Shown piece by piece: positions 20,672-30,010 of a DNA stretch of 64,000 nucleotides (within the stretch, counting starts at the first letter, position 1; each line of letters begins with the position of its first letter). Both the position numbers and the translations under genes were made by a program. The notes under the pieces were generated by a model. The model was not told the origin of the DNA. It searched no databases and was given only the letters and a program-made list of their open reading frames with translations. The stretch lies in sequence record DRR378314_409; one strand, given 5' to 3'.

Positions 20672-21367
20672 TTAAATCCCAATAATCGGTTGTAGAAGTC
20701 GACTGAAGAACCCTTTGAATTTTAGCGGCGCGTCCGTTGCAATCAGGCAAATGCATTCGACATTGGTGTCCGCAACGGGTTGATGATGAATGCTATCGTC
20801 CAAATCTGCAATATCGCCTTCTGCAAAGCGGCCCACTTCATCAATGTAAGATCCCTTTAGGATCAGCGTGAGTTCCTGACCACTATGAGTATGTTCCGAT
20901 AATGTTGTTCCGGGATCAATCTTGATCAGCCTCAAAGCGCCCTTGCCATTGCCGTTTTTAACTCCCTGAAGCGGATAGTGAGAGACACCGGGTACCAGAC
21001 GCTTCCAGGGGATTTCATCTAGTTCGCAGGGAATAAAGGAATTTAAAGGGCTTGGAACCGTTCTGGCCGTCGCAAGTCCTTTTAATTTGGAGGTGTCTTC
21101 TTCTACCTCTGACGAGGACCTTTGCGGTGCATTAACAATATCATCCAAAAATGACATTTCCCGTTGGCTGAGCTCCTTATCTTCCGCTTCCTCTAAAAAT
21201 GTAGCGCCGACTGACAGAGCCAAGTCTAGTTGTTTCCGGCAATGTGGGCAGACAGAGAGATGGGTAGCGACAACAAGGGAAAGTGTTCCCGCAAGTGTGC
21301 CGTTTGCATAGGCCAACAATGTATCATCATTGATATGATGATTAATGGGTGTGTGTTTGGTACTCAT
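20672..21367 (-). CDS. chrR: Anti-sigma factor ChrR
   Basis: Zinc motif HLSVCPHC, C-terminal cupin HTHSGQE...HHQP; coupled to the upstream ECF sigma gene. Confidence 0.95.
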   Translation of the reverse strand: MSTKHTPINHHINDDTLLAYANGTLAGTLSLVVATHLSVCPHCRKQLDLALSVGATFLEEAEDKELSQREMSFLDDIVNAPQRSSSEVEEDTSKLKGLATARTVPSPLNSFIPCELDEIPWKRLVPGVSHYPLQGVKNGNGKGALRLIKIDPGTTLSEHTHSGQELTLILKGSYIDEVGRFAEGDIADLDDSIHHQPVADTNVECICLIATDAPLKFKGFFSRLLQPIIGI

Positions 21368-21972
21368 TACATAGCCTCCAACCTGGCGCGGATCTTTCCA
21401 AACGCCAGCCTGATCCGGGACTTCACAGTTCCCAGTGGTAAATTTAATGCTTCTGCTATTTCCGCATGCGATTTTTCTTGGAAAAATGACATGGTAATAA
21501 TTTCAATTTGTTCAGATGGCAAAGAACTGAGGGCATTCTGAATAATCTCCCGGCTTTGTTCCCGGCTCATAACTTCCTCGCCCGTTTCTGGTGGATCCGG
21601 TATGAAAGATGGATCCTCTGGGTCGGGCAACGGTCTAAATTCTTTCCGGATCCGATCTATCCTAGCGTTTCTGGCAATTGAATAGATCCAGGTGGATGCC
21701 GCTGATTTAGAGCGATCAAACAACGCCGCTTTGCGCCATACTTTCAGCATAGTATCTTGAAGAATTTCTTCACATTCAGCAGGCGATAATCCGCTCTTGA
21801 GAAGAAAGCTTTTTACTTTAGGGGCCATATGCAGAAAAATTCTGCGATAAGCCGCTCGATCAGCCAGCTCAGCAACCCGAGCAAGATCGTCGTTCAAATC
21901 AACAACACCCGATCGGCCTGAAGAACAGTCGCCGTGACTGTCTGAAGATGTCATTAGCTGATCCAGTCTCAA
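21367..21972 (-). CDS. rpoE: ECF sigma factor RpoE (ChrR-associated)
   Basis: WIYSIARNARID, SHAEIAEALNLPLGTVKSRIRLA; TTG start with AGAGGG RBS; stop overlaps chrR start. Confidence 0.95.
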   Translation of the reverse strand: MRLDQLMTSSDSHGDCSSGRSGVVDLNDDLARVAELADRAAYRRIFLHMAPKVKSFLLKSGLSPAECEEILQDTMLKVWRKAALFDRSKSAASTWIYSIARNARIDRIRKEFRPLPDPEDPSFIPDPPETGEEVMSREQSREIIQNALSSLPSEQIEIITMSFFQEKSHAEIAEALNLPLGTVKSRIRLAFGKIRARLEAM

Positions 21973-22005
21973 GTTAAAACCCTCTGTTTTATACCATCAC
22001 AACTC

Positions 22006-22033
22006 TCTACGTTCAAAGTGTTAGACTGGATCT
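22006..22033 (-). promoter_or_regulatory. sigmaE autoregulatory promoter of rpoE-chrR
   Basis: AGATCC-N16-CGTAGA on the minus strand. Confidence 0.8.
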
Positions 22034-22058
22034 CTTACAAGGGGATATTTTTTTCTGC

Positions 22059-22086
22059 TGATCCATTTCTCTTGAAGAGCCGTAAC
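22059..22086 (+). promoter_or_regulatory. sigmaE promoter of the fatty-acid modification operon
   Basis: TGATCC-N16-CGTAAC. Confidence 0.85.
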
Positions 22087-22114
22087 AATGCTAAATGGAT
22101 TAAAGAGGGTTTTT

Positions 22115-23443
22115 ATGAAAAAGATCGCTGTTGTCGGAAGCGGTATATCGGGACTGTCGGCCGCTTGGCTTTTGTCCAAAACGCACCAGGTTACTTTGCT
22201 CGAAAAGGATGATCGATTGGGTGGCCACAGCAATACAACGCTGATTGATGGCCTGCATATTGACACGGGCTTTATCGTTTATAACGTTAAGAGCTATCCA
22301 AATCTGATTAAATTTTTTCAGCATTTGGGTGTGGAGACCCAAGCAACAGATATGTCTTTTAGCCTGTCGAAGGACAAAGGGCAGTTAGAATATAACGGTC
22401 AGTCAGTATTTGGAATGTTCGCTCAGAAATCGAACTTCTTCTCGCCGTCTTACTGGGGAATGCTGGCAGATATTGTTCAATTCTATAACGAGGCACCTCA
22501 AATCCTCGAAAGAGAAGATGCAGAGATCATTTCACTGGGCCAGTATCTGGAAGAGAAAAAGTTTGGACATCGTTTTATTCATGATCACCTGATCCCGATG
22601 GGGGCTGCGATCTGGTCGACACCCGCACAGCAAATGCTGGAATATCCAGCGGCGTCCTTCGTTCGGTTTTGTCAGAACCATGGTTTGCTACAGCTGACTA
22701 ATCGGCCGGAATGGCGAACCGTTGTGGATGGTAGTCAGTCCTATGTCTCCAGAATTGCAGAACAATTAATTGGTCGAGTTCGACTGAACAGCTCAGTTCG
22801 AAGTGTCACCTATGGAAGAAATTGTATTACCATCGAATGTCGGGATGGCTTTGTAGATACGTTTGATGATGTTGTCTTTGCGACCCATGCGGACCAGGCC
22901 TTGAGTATGATCAGCGAGCCAACAGCGTTGCAGGCAGAGTTGCTCAGTAAGTTTAAATATTCCAAAAATCTGGCTGTTTTGCATTCGGATCCAAACTTGA
23001 TGCCAAAACGCAAATCCGCATGGGCAAGCTGGAACTATATCAGTCAGACGGAGAAAAACAGCGAAGATCAAGAGTTGTGTTTGTCTTATTGGATGAACCG
23101 ATTGCACCGGTTGAAAAGTAGTCAGGATTATTTCGTGACTTTGAACCCGTTAGAGTTACCGCAAGAAGGAGCCGTGCATCGAAGCTTTCCTTATGAACAC
23201 CCACTATTTGATCGAGCTGCTTTGGAAGCTCAGAAAAGGCTTTGGGAATTGCAGGGCCAAAACAGCATGTGGTTCTGCGGAAGTTATTTTGGATATGGGT
23301 TTCATGAGGATGGCCTGCAAGCTGGTCTGGCCGTAGCTGAGCAGTTGGGTGATGTCTCGCGCCCTTGGCATGTTGATCGTGAGCAGTCACGGATCCATCT
23401 GCCAGCGAATCCTGTTAAAGATGTACTTACTAATGTAGCTTAG
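22115..23443 (+). CDS. FAD-dependent oxidoreductase, UfaD-like fatty acid desaturase
   Basis: GSGISG, RLGGHSNT, DTGFIVYN, GYGFHEDG; sits beside DUF1365 and cfa genes; ATG 22115 lies downstream of the promoter. Confidence 0.88.
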   Translation: MKKIAVVGSGISGLSAAWLLSKTHQVTLLEKDDRLGGHSNTTLIDGLHIDTGFIVYNVKSYPNLIKFFQHLGVETQATDMSFSLSKDKGQLEYNGQSVFGMFAQKSNFFSPSYWGMLADIVQFYNEAPQILEREDAEIISLGQYLEEKKFGHRFIHDHLIPMGAAIWSTPAQQMLEYPAASFVRFCQNHGLLQLTNRPEWRTVVDGSQSYVSRIAEQLIGRVRLNSSVRSVTYGRNCITIECRDGFVDTFDDVVFATHADQALSMISEPTALQAELLSKFKYSKNLAVLHSDPNLMPKRKSAWASWNYISQTEKNSEDQELCLSYWMNRLHRLKSSQDYFVTLNPLELPQEGAVHRSFPYEHPLFDRAALEAQKRLWELQGQNSMWFCGSYFGYGFHEDGLQAGLAVAEQLGDVSRPWHVDREQSRIHLPANPVKDVLTNVA

Positions 23444-23448
23444 GTCTT

Positions 23449-24231
23449 ATGAAATCAGCAATCTATAACGGCACGATTGTCCATCGTCGCCTCAGGCCTA
23501 AAAGTCATTTGTTAAAATATCGGCTGTTTTATCTGCTGATTGATTTGCAGGAGCTGAACGAAATTGGCTTGATCAGCCGTTTTTTTTCCATTGAAAAACG
23601 CAACATTTTGTCCTTCCGGCAAAAAGATTTTGGTGTTTGCGATAGCGAAGAAAATACCTTGTTTGATCAGATGCAAAACCTGCTGAAACATCGGTTGCCA
23701 GACGCTAACGTTCGGCAGATTAAACTTCTGTGTATTCCCCGGATTTTTGGCTACGCGTTTAATCCGATCAGTGTTTTCTACTGCTATGACGATCGTGAAA
23801 AGTTAAGCGTTGTTATTTACGAGGTACGAAATACCTTCGGCGAAAAACATCACTATCTGTTTCCTATTGCACCTGATCAGGCGCAGCCCGTTATCAGGCA
23901 TGATTGCAAGAAGGAGATGTTTGTCTCCCCTTTCATTGGCATGAATTGCCGGTATTTCTTCTCGATCAACGAACCAGATAATAAATTGACTTTGGCCATT
24001 CGCCAGACGGAGGAAGATCTGCCAGTGCTGAACGCTTCTTTCTTGGGAGAACGTCTAGAATTAACACCAAAAAATCTGCACCGTCAATTGGTCGCTTTTC
24101 CTTTTAACAGCGTAAAAGTCATTGCGGGAATACATTGGGAGGCACTGTTGCTTTGGTTGAAGAAAATACCTGTCGTTAGGCATATTCGAAAAACCGAATT
24201 GCCTTCGGATGTTTCAGCAGAAAAGTCGTAA
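23449..24231 (+). CDS. DUF1365 family protein (UfaO-like)
   Basis: HRRLRP, PRIFGYAFNPISVFYC, EVRNTFGEKHHY, FVSPF, IHWEAL. Confidence 0.92.
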   Translation: MKSAIYNGTIVHRRLRPKSHLLKYRLFYLLIDLQELNEIGLISRFFSIEKRNILSFRQKDFGVCDSEENTLFDQMQNLLKHRLPDANVRQIKLLCIPRIFGYAFNPISVFYCYDDREKLSVVIYEVRNTFGEKHHYLFPIAPDQAQPVIRHDCKKEMFVSPFIGMNCRYFFSINEPDNKLTLAIRQTEEDLPVLNASFLGERLELTPKNLHRQLVAFPFNSVKVIAGIHWEALLLWLKKIPVVRHIRKTELPSDVSAEKS

Positions 24232-24252
24232 GGGTGCGTTAGGGAGTTATTT

Positions 24253-25497
24253 ATGGAAACAGTAGTCGCAACTTCTAAGTCTTCGATCGGGCAGGATCAG
24301 GATTATCAGCGGATCACCGGTGGGTACGAGAATATTTGGCTACAGATTTTAATTCGTGGACTTCGCAACATATCAGTTGGACGGCTGAGTTTGACTTTAC
24401 CGGCTGGAGAAAAACTCGAATTTGTGGGGAAAACAGGTCTGGATCGATCCGCATCACTGGATATTCGAGATGTCAAATTTGCTAAACTTGTTCTAAAGAA
24501 CGGCGATATTGGGTTTGGAGAAGCCTATATGGCGGATTACTGGTCCAGTCCGGATCTTTGTCAGCTATTAGAACTTGCCTTGCTGAATGAGAAAGCCATT
24601 TCAAGCGTGGTGGCGGGCAGCTGGATGCCACGAACCCTTGATTTTCTGCGGTGTTTGTTAAATGCCAACACCAAACGGGGCAGCCGGCGCAATATTTCCT
24701 ACCATTATGATCTTGGAAATGAATTTTACGAGAAATGGTTGGATGAAACCATGACTTACTCAGCGGCTTTGTTCGAGGGCGAAGATATGCTGTTCTCAAA
24801 AGCCCAAGACAATAAATATCGGCTGATTTTTGATGCCGCGCAAGTCCCACAAGACGGAAGCGTGCTTGAAATAGGTTGCGGTTGGGGCGGCTTTGCAGAA
24901 TATGTAAACCAAAACTCAAACGCTAATCTGGTCGGATTGACCCTTTCCGACGAACAGTTGGCCTATGCCCGAACCCGTTTGAAAAGCTTGGGTTCTGAAA
25001 ACAAGATTGATTTTAAACTTCAGGATTATCGAGATCATCAGGCGCAATATGATACAATTGTATCCATCGAAATGTTTGAAGCGGTTGGTGAGAAAAATTG
25101 GCCTGAGTATTTCAAAGCCCTGAGACGGAACCTAAAAGAGGGCGGCAGAGCCGCTATTCAGGTGATTACGATTGATGAAAGCCGCTTTGACACCTATCGA
25201 AAGACGCCTGACTTTATCCAAAAATATATTTTCCCAGGGGGATTTCTGCCGAGTAAATCTGCGTTTCGCAAAGCTGCGGCCAATCACGGTTTTCAGGTTA
25301 CAATTCGAAAGGAATTTGGTCTCGATTACGCTAAAACTTTACATTTATGGGCAGAAGCTTTTCAAAAGCACTGGTCAGAGATTGCGCCTTTGGGGTTTGA
25401 TGAGCGCTTCAAGCGGATGTGGCAATTTTATTTGAAATATTGTGAAGCAGGGTTCCGACAGAAAACACTTGATGTCGTGATTTTTGAGCTTGCTTAA
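24253..25497 (+). CDS. Cyclopropane-fatty-acyl-phospholipid synthase family methyltransferase (CfaS/UfaM-like)
   Basis: HYDLGN, LEIGCGWG, SIEMFEAVG, YIFPGG, YCEAGF. Confidence 0.93.
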   Translation: METVVATSKSSIGQDQDYQRITGGYENIWLQILIRGLRNISVGRLSLTLPAGEKLEFVGKTGLDRSASLDIRDVKFAKLVLKNGDIGFGEAYMADYWSSPDLCQLLELALLNEKAISSVVAGSWMPRTLDFLRCLLNANTKRGSRRNISYHYDLGNEFYEKWLDETMTYSAALFEGEDMLFSKAQDNKYRLIFDAAQVPQDGSVLEIGCGWGGFAEYVNQNSNANLVGLTLSDEQLAYARTRLKSLGSENKIDFKLQDYRDHQAQYDTIVSIEMFEAVGEKNWPEYFKALRRNLKEGGRAAIQVITIDESRFDTYRKTPDFIQKYIFPGGFLPSKSAFRKAAANHGFQVTIRKEFGLDYAKTLHLWAEAFQKHWSEIAPLGFDERFKRMWQFYLKYCEAGFRQKTLDVVIFELA

Positions 25498-26788
25498 CAG
25501 CCGCACTCTTATCCTGATCCTTTATTCCTTGCCGGGTGCGGTCATGGCCATGCCACTGATCCCTGCATTTGTTCTGCTGCCTGTGTTTTATGCTGAGGAT
25601 GTGGGGATAGGGCTTGCGGCTACCGGGAGTGTCCTTTTGTTGGTTCGAATAACCGACGTCATTAGTGACCCTCTGATCGGAATTGTTTCAGAAAAACTGC
25701 GTATTTTCGCATGGGGGCGCCGCTTGCAGATTTTAGGGGGTGCGGTCATTGCCGGCGTGTCCATTTACTTTCTGTTCAATCCAACAGCATCAGCAGGGCC
25801 TATCTATTTATTTTGCTGGTGCGCGCTCATGCTGTTTGGGTGGTCAGCGGTCCAAATCCCATACCTTGCCTGGGTTGTTGATATATCACCTGATTATAAT
25901 CAGCGCACACGATTGAACTCTGGACGAGAGTTTTCGGGACTGATCGGCGTTTTAACTTTGGCGGCACTGATGTTCTTGTGGGCGGATCTCGATCCCTTTG
26001 ATCAGATGTCGCAAAGCTCTGGCTTGATCATTCTGACAGGTTTGTTGGCTTTTCCCGTACTGCTTTTTCTTAAAGATAAACCGACAGAAAAGCTCGGCGC
26101 GTTTGATCTGACAAAACTCAAGGGGTTGAAGCAGAACAAACTCTATTGGCGCCTTTCGTTTGCCTGGTTTTTAAGTGGTTTGTCCATTGGTGTCGCGACA
26201 GCCTGTTTCCCCTTATTTGTTGAGCATGTCCTGGGTGGTGATACGGAAATTCGCGCCCAGTTTCTGGGCCTCTATTTCATCTGCGGCGTAATTGGTATTC
26301 CCATCTGTGTGTGGCTGAGCCGTAAGTTTTCAAAACATCGTGCATGGGGACTGATGATGGGGGTGGCCAGTCTGGTTTTTCTGATGGTGCCTTTTTTGGG
26401 AGAGGGAGATTATCTGGCGTTTGGCGTTGCCTGCGTCGTGACGGGTATCGCTTTGGGATCAGATCTCTCATTGCCCCCCTCTATACAGTCGGATGTCGTG
26501 GATTGGGATTTTTTCAAAAACCGCATCCCAAGGACGACACTTTTATTTTCGTTCTGGAGCATGATTACAAAATTATCGCTAGGTCTGGGGATTGGCGGGG
26601 CTTTCTGGGTAATTGGTGGGCTGGAAACCGAGCAGGAAGGTTTAAATACGCTTGTTGTCGCTCTGATCTATGGGTGCGTACCAGCCGTATTAAAGTTAGG
26701 TGCAATAGGTCTCGTCTGGAATTTTCCTTTAACGCCTTCGCGCCAAGCCGCATTGAAACAGAGGCTGGCAAAGCGCAACTTGACTTGA
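25484..26788 (+). CDS. MFS transporter (GPH/MelB-like)
   Basis: About 12 hydrophobic segments, DVISDPLIG; overlaps the cfa stop. Confidence 0.85.
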   Translation: MSLLNSRTLILILYSLPGAVMAMPLIPAFVLLPVFYAEDVGIGLAATGSVLLLVRITDVISDPLIGIVSEKLRIFAWGRRLQILGGAVIAGVSIYFLFNPTASAGPIYLFCWCALMLFGWSAVQIPYLAWVVDISPDYNQRTRLNSGREFSGLIGVLTLAALMFLWADLDPFDQMSQSSGLIILTGLLAFPVLLFLKDKPTEKLGAFDLTKLKGLKQNKLYWRLSFAWFLSGLSIGVATACFPLFVEHVLGGDTEIRAQFLGLYFICGVIGIPICVWLSRKFSKHRAWGLMMGVASLVFLMVPFLGEGDYLAFGVACVVTGIALGSDLSLPPSIQSDVVDWDFFKNRIPRTTLLFSFWSMITKLSLGLGIGGAFWVIGGLETEQEGLNTLVVALIYGCVPAVLKLGAIGLVWNFPLTPSRQAALKQRLAKRNLT

Positions 26789-26809
26789 GATTTGAAATGA
26801 GCAGATGTG

Positions 26810-27331
26810 ATGAAAAAAATCCTTCTTTTAGCCTGCATGTTGGTATTAGTCGGCTGTAACAGTATGAAACCGGAACAGTTCAAAGGCGCTGAACCTGCAT
26901 TTGATCTCTTTGGTTTTTTTGAGGGGAACGTTAAAGCGTGGGGTATTTTTGAAGACCGATTTGGTAATTTAAGGCGCCAGTTTACGGTTGATATCAAAGG
27001 GTCCGTTGCTGATAACCGGCTGACCCTGGATGAAAACTTTGCTTATGCGGATGGTGAGATCGATCGCCGGATCTGGAAAATCACGCGACTTTCCCAACAT
27101 CAATATGAAGGCAGAGCAGATGACATCGTCGGCGTGGCAACTGGTTCGATGTATGGCAATGCTTTCAATTGGGTTTATGAAATGGACCTTGATGTCGGGG
27201 AAAGCACATGGCGTGTGAAGTTTGACGACTGGCTGTACCGACAGCCGGGAGATGTGGTCATCAACAAGGCGACTGTCACGCGCTGGGGCATTAAAATTGG
27301 TACAGTCACCCTGTTCTTCAAGAAAGACTAA
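26810..27331 (+). CDS. DUF3833 family lipoprotein
   Basis: Lipobox LVGC; AWGIFEDR, LDENF.Y.DG, FDDW motifs. Confidence 0.88.
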   Translation: MKKILLLACMLVLVGCNSMKPEQFKGAEPAFDLFGFFEGNVKAWGIFEDRFGNLRRQFTVDIKGSVADNRLTLDENFAYADGEIDRRIWKITRLSQHQYEGRADDIVGVATGSMYGNAFNWVYEMDLDVGESTWRVKFDDWLYRQPGDVVINKATVTRWGIKIGTVTLFFKKD

Positions 27332-27767
27332 GCCGCCGCTTGATGAGCCGTATCAAGAAGCCAAGAACGGGTATTTTTGTATAGAAATGACTACCAGAGT
27401 CCCAATAGTCGATGTGAGAAATCACTTTTCCCTGCTCGTCGAACTGTATTTCGGATAGCCCGTCAAAATCAAGTGTGCCAATTTTTTGCGTTGCAGCTTC
27501 AAATCGCCATTTGAGAATTGCCTGTCTCGACTCCGGGTTAGGGTAAAAAGTATAAACCGTAAATTTTGCTGTATGGGTCTGTGCGAACATATCCTGAAAG
27601 AGATACCGTAAATTTTCTATGCCTTGAATACGGTTGAAAGGATCCTGAAACAGCACATCCTGAGCGCAGAGGTTTTCCAACTCTGAAAGGTTCGTTGGCG
27701 ACAGACGTTCGAAAAAGTAAGCGTAATTTTGACAGTGGGCGTTGAAATCCAGGTCTGGAGAGTTCAT
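27318..27767 (-). CDS. SnoaL/NTF2-like protein
   Basis: FQDPFN, HIDYWD, IPVLG motifs. Confidence 0.88.
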   Translation of the reverse strand: MNSPDLDFNAHCQNYAYFFERLSPTNLSELENLCAQDVLFQDPFNRIQGIENLRYLFQDMFAQTHTAKFTVYTFYPNPESRQAILKWRFEAATQKIGTLDFDGLSEIQFDEQGKVISHIDYWDSGSHFYTKIPVLGFLIRLIKRRLSLS

Positions 27768-28507
27768 GACGTCAACTTAGCAATGAGTTTCAGCGACAGA
27801 GAATAGGGCAATAACCGTATTGTCTTCAGGATAAACACAAATGGGCGTGGGAAAGCAATCTCAAACCGGTCTGTCTGCAGACCTTCATAGATATGATGGG
27901 CGGCTTCCTCAGCCTCCAATAGAAAAGGCATCTTGAATGTGTTTTGATCAGTCAGGGGGGTTTTGACAAAACCTGGATTAATAACCTGGATTTTCACACT
28001 CGAATTCTTGAGTTCTATTCGTAACCCTTCGGCTAAATTGATAAGGGCTGCTTTGGTGGGGCCATATGCAAGAGATTTGGGAAGCCCTTGATAGCCTGCA
28101 ACTGATGCAGTTAGGGCGATCTGCCCGCTATCTTTTCTTCGCAACAGCGGGAGAAGACGTTCCAATATTCGGCATGTACCCAGATAGTTCAACACCATGG
28201 TTTTTTCAGCGTTTTCAAATGAAAATCGTTCAGCTGTTTGGGGCGCATATGTTCCCGCAGAAATGACGACTTTATTTGGCAGGTTATCAGCGGCTTCAAG
28301 CTGAGAGAATACAGTTTCAACGCTGGTGGCATCACAAATGTCGAGGGGGAGGGCGGTTATCCTGTCGGGGTGTTGACTTGCCAGGGCGATTAGTTTGGCT
28401 TCAGTTCGGGCGCTAATTGTGACGTTATGCCCTTTTTGTGCCAGTGTGATGGCAAGTTCTGCGCCAATGCCAGAACTTGCGCCAATAATCCAGTAATGTT
28501 CGCTCAT
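27764..28507 (-). CDS. Short-chain dehydrogenase/reductase
   Basis: GASSGIG, YGPTK, NPGFVKTPLT; ATG 28507 overlaps the upstream stop. Confidence 0.92.
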   Translation of the reverse strand: MSEHYWIIGASSGIGAELAITLAQKGHNVTISARTEAKLIALASQHPDRITALPLDICDATSVETVFSQLEAADNLPNKVVISAGTYAPQTAERFSFENAEKTMVLNYLGTCRILERLLPLLRRKDSGQIALTASVAGYQGLPKSLAYGPTKAALINLAEGLRIELKNSSVKIQVINPGFVKTPLTDQNTFKMPFLLEAEEAAHHIYEGLQTDRFEIAFPRPFVFILKTIRLLPYSLSLKLIAKLTS

Positions 28508-29211
28508 GAGTTTGACACTTTTTTGCATGTTAAACAAAAATACTCTATTATTGAGTCATCTTCCGCAAAGAAACGAAGTTTCACCCACCTGCCTTCAGCA
28601 TCATACCAAGCATCAAGCATCAGATCTCCACTATATTCATACCGGGTGGCGTTCACCCTTCCATTCTTCACTTGAACGGTCTCTACACCTCTATTTTGAA
28701 TACGTACCTTACTTAAGGTTCCCAAAATAGTGTTGAAGACCTGCTCCTGCTGGAGAACAACAGGGTTCCAATGATTTGTTGGTAAAAGCAAATCTTGTGA
28801 TTTGTTGAGCTGTTGACCATTCAGCAAAAAGCCTTCTTTGGAAGATTTGAGGAGGTGTGTTTTTCTCTCCCCCTGATCATCCACTTGGACTTTTAATCTT
28901 GTCAGCTTCCCTTGGTCCCAGATGCCTTCGCTTTGATATGCGAAGCTGTAAAGAGGAATGCCGAGTAATGTGACGGCGACTTTAAAGTCAGTTAAAGCGA
29001 TCAGGTTACGATCAACTTTTTTAAATTGAACGGAATGTTTGCCAACAACGCTTCCATTCCGTTTGACAAGAAATTCATGCTTTGACCCATACAAGGATAA
29101 AGGATCTGGTACCCCGCCAGCACTGACTGGAAATGCAGCGAAAAACAGAGACGCTGAAAGAAGAATTCCCAGCCCTTTATTTAACCTACTTATGAAATTC
29201 AAATCACGCAT
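28504..29211 (-). CDS. Secreted DUF6134-like protein
   Basis: Signal peptide; RNGSVVGKH, PTNHWN, WYDAEGRWVKLRF. Confidence 0.75.
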   Translation of the reverse strand: MRDLNFISRLNKGLGILLSASLFFAAFPVSAGGVPDPLSLYGSKHEFLVKRNGSVVGKHSVQFKKVDRNLIALTDFKVAVTLLGIPLYSFAYQSEGIWDQGKLTRLKVQVDDQGERKTHLLKSSKEGFLLNGQQLNKSQDLLLPTNHWNPVVLQQEQVFNTILGTLSKVRIQNRGVETVQVKNGRVNATRYEYSGDLMLDAWYDAEGRWVKLRFFAEDDSIIEYFCLTCKKVSNS

Positions 29212-29238
29212 TTGGGTTCTTTCGTTAGCTACCCAATT

Positions 29239-29266
29239 GCTACGTTGATTATTACCATTTGGATCA
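29239..29266 (-). promoter_or_regulatory. sigmaE promoter of the DUF6134-SDR-SnoaL operon
   Basis: TGATCC-N16-CGTAGC on the minus strand. Confidence 0.85.
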
Positions 29267-29280
29267 AGTCAAAAAAACGA

Positions 29281-29309
29281 TGATCCAATTTACCCAGTTG
29301 CATCGTAAC
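29281..29309 (+). promoter_or_regulatory. sigmaE promoter (plus strand)
   Basis: TGATCC-N17-CGTAAC. Confidence 0.75.
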
Positions 29310-29314
29310 AATTT

Positions 29315-29423
29315 AAAAGCATTTTAAAATGAGTAAGGGATCCGATCATTGCCGCTGAATGACTGGGCCCTGTGCCTGCTGCTTGACGCCCCCCTTTTTC
29401 GTTTTGCAGCAGGCACCCTTTAA
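29315..29423 (+). ncRNA. Candidate sigmaE-dependent small RNA or structured leader
   Basis: Imperfect hairpin 29337-29370, then 11-bp stem GTGCCTGCTGC / GCAGCAGGCAC (29372-29416) enclosing CCCCCCTTTTT. Confidence 0.5.
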
Positions 29424-29496
29424 ACAATCATTTTATCACGGGAAAATGGGGCGAGGGATCAAAGCTTGTAGAACTCTACCTAGGGAAGTGCTGATC

Positions 29497-29928
29497 ATGA
29501 GGACACTATCTAATCGGTATTTGATTGCTTTGGTTTTAAGTGCCACTTTGATATTGGGCGTTTGTCAAGCGATCGCAAATGAACGTGGGAATGTGATTTT
29601 CAAGCATATTATTGAAAGCCAAATCAAGGCGTTTCAATCTGGCGAGTATGATCAAGCCTTCGATTTTGCCGCCCCGGAAATTCAGCATAGATTTAAAACC
29701 GCAGAAAAATTTGTTGGTATGATTAGCCAACATTACATGCCTGTCTTTAATCCGGCATGGTACCAGTTTGAAGCGTTTGAAATTTCGAGCGGTTTTCCGA
29801 TGCAGTCAGTTCTTCTGCAAGGTCCGAAAGGGAAGATATGGAAAGCTATTTATCGTTTTGAGCTTGTCAAAGGCGATTGGAAAATTTTCGGTGTCCGCTT
29901 GGTTCAGATGAAAGCTGCCGGGGCTTAA
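29497..29928 (+). CDS. DUF4864 family secreted protein
   Basis: Signal peptide; IESQIKAF...AFDFAAPEI...F..M....YMPV, WKIFGV; ATG 29497 with AGGGA RBS. Confidence 0.8.
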   Translation: MRTLSNRYLIALVLSATLILGVCQAIANERGNVIFKHIIESQIKAFQSGEYDQAFDFAAPEIQHRFKTAEKFVGMISQHYMPVFNPAWYQFEAFEISSGFPMQSVLLQGPKGKIWKAIYRFELVKGDWKIFGVRLVQMKAAGA

Positions 29929-30010
29929 GTCACTAAGTCTTGACAGTGCTAGCAGAAGCTACCTACCCTTGGCTAATCCGCCGCACTTTAAGTCAAGGAA
30001 CTATGAGATC

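Noticed and set aside
29359-29496. N-terminal extension of the DUF4864 ORF and the 9-codon ORF at 29329
   Set aside because: No convincing RBS, and both overlap strong hairpins; the signal peptide starts at ATG 29497
29939-29968. CTTGAC-N17-CCTAC as an RpoH promoter of the ialB gene
   Set aside because: Plausible, but it cannot be told apart from a sigma70 promoter on a single instance
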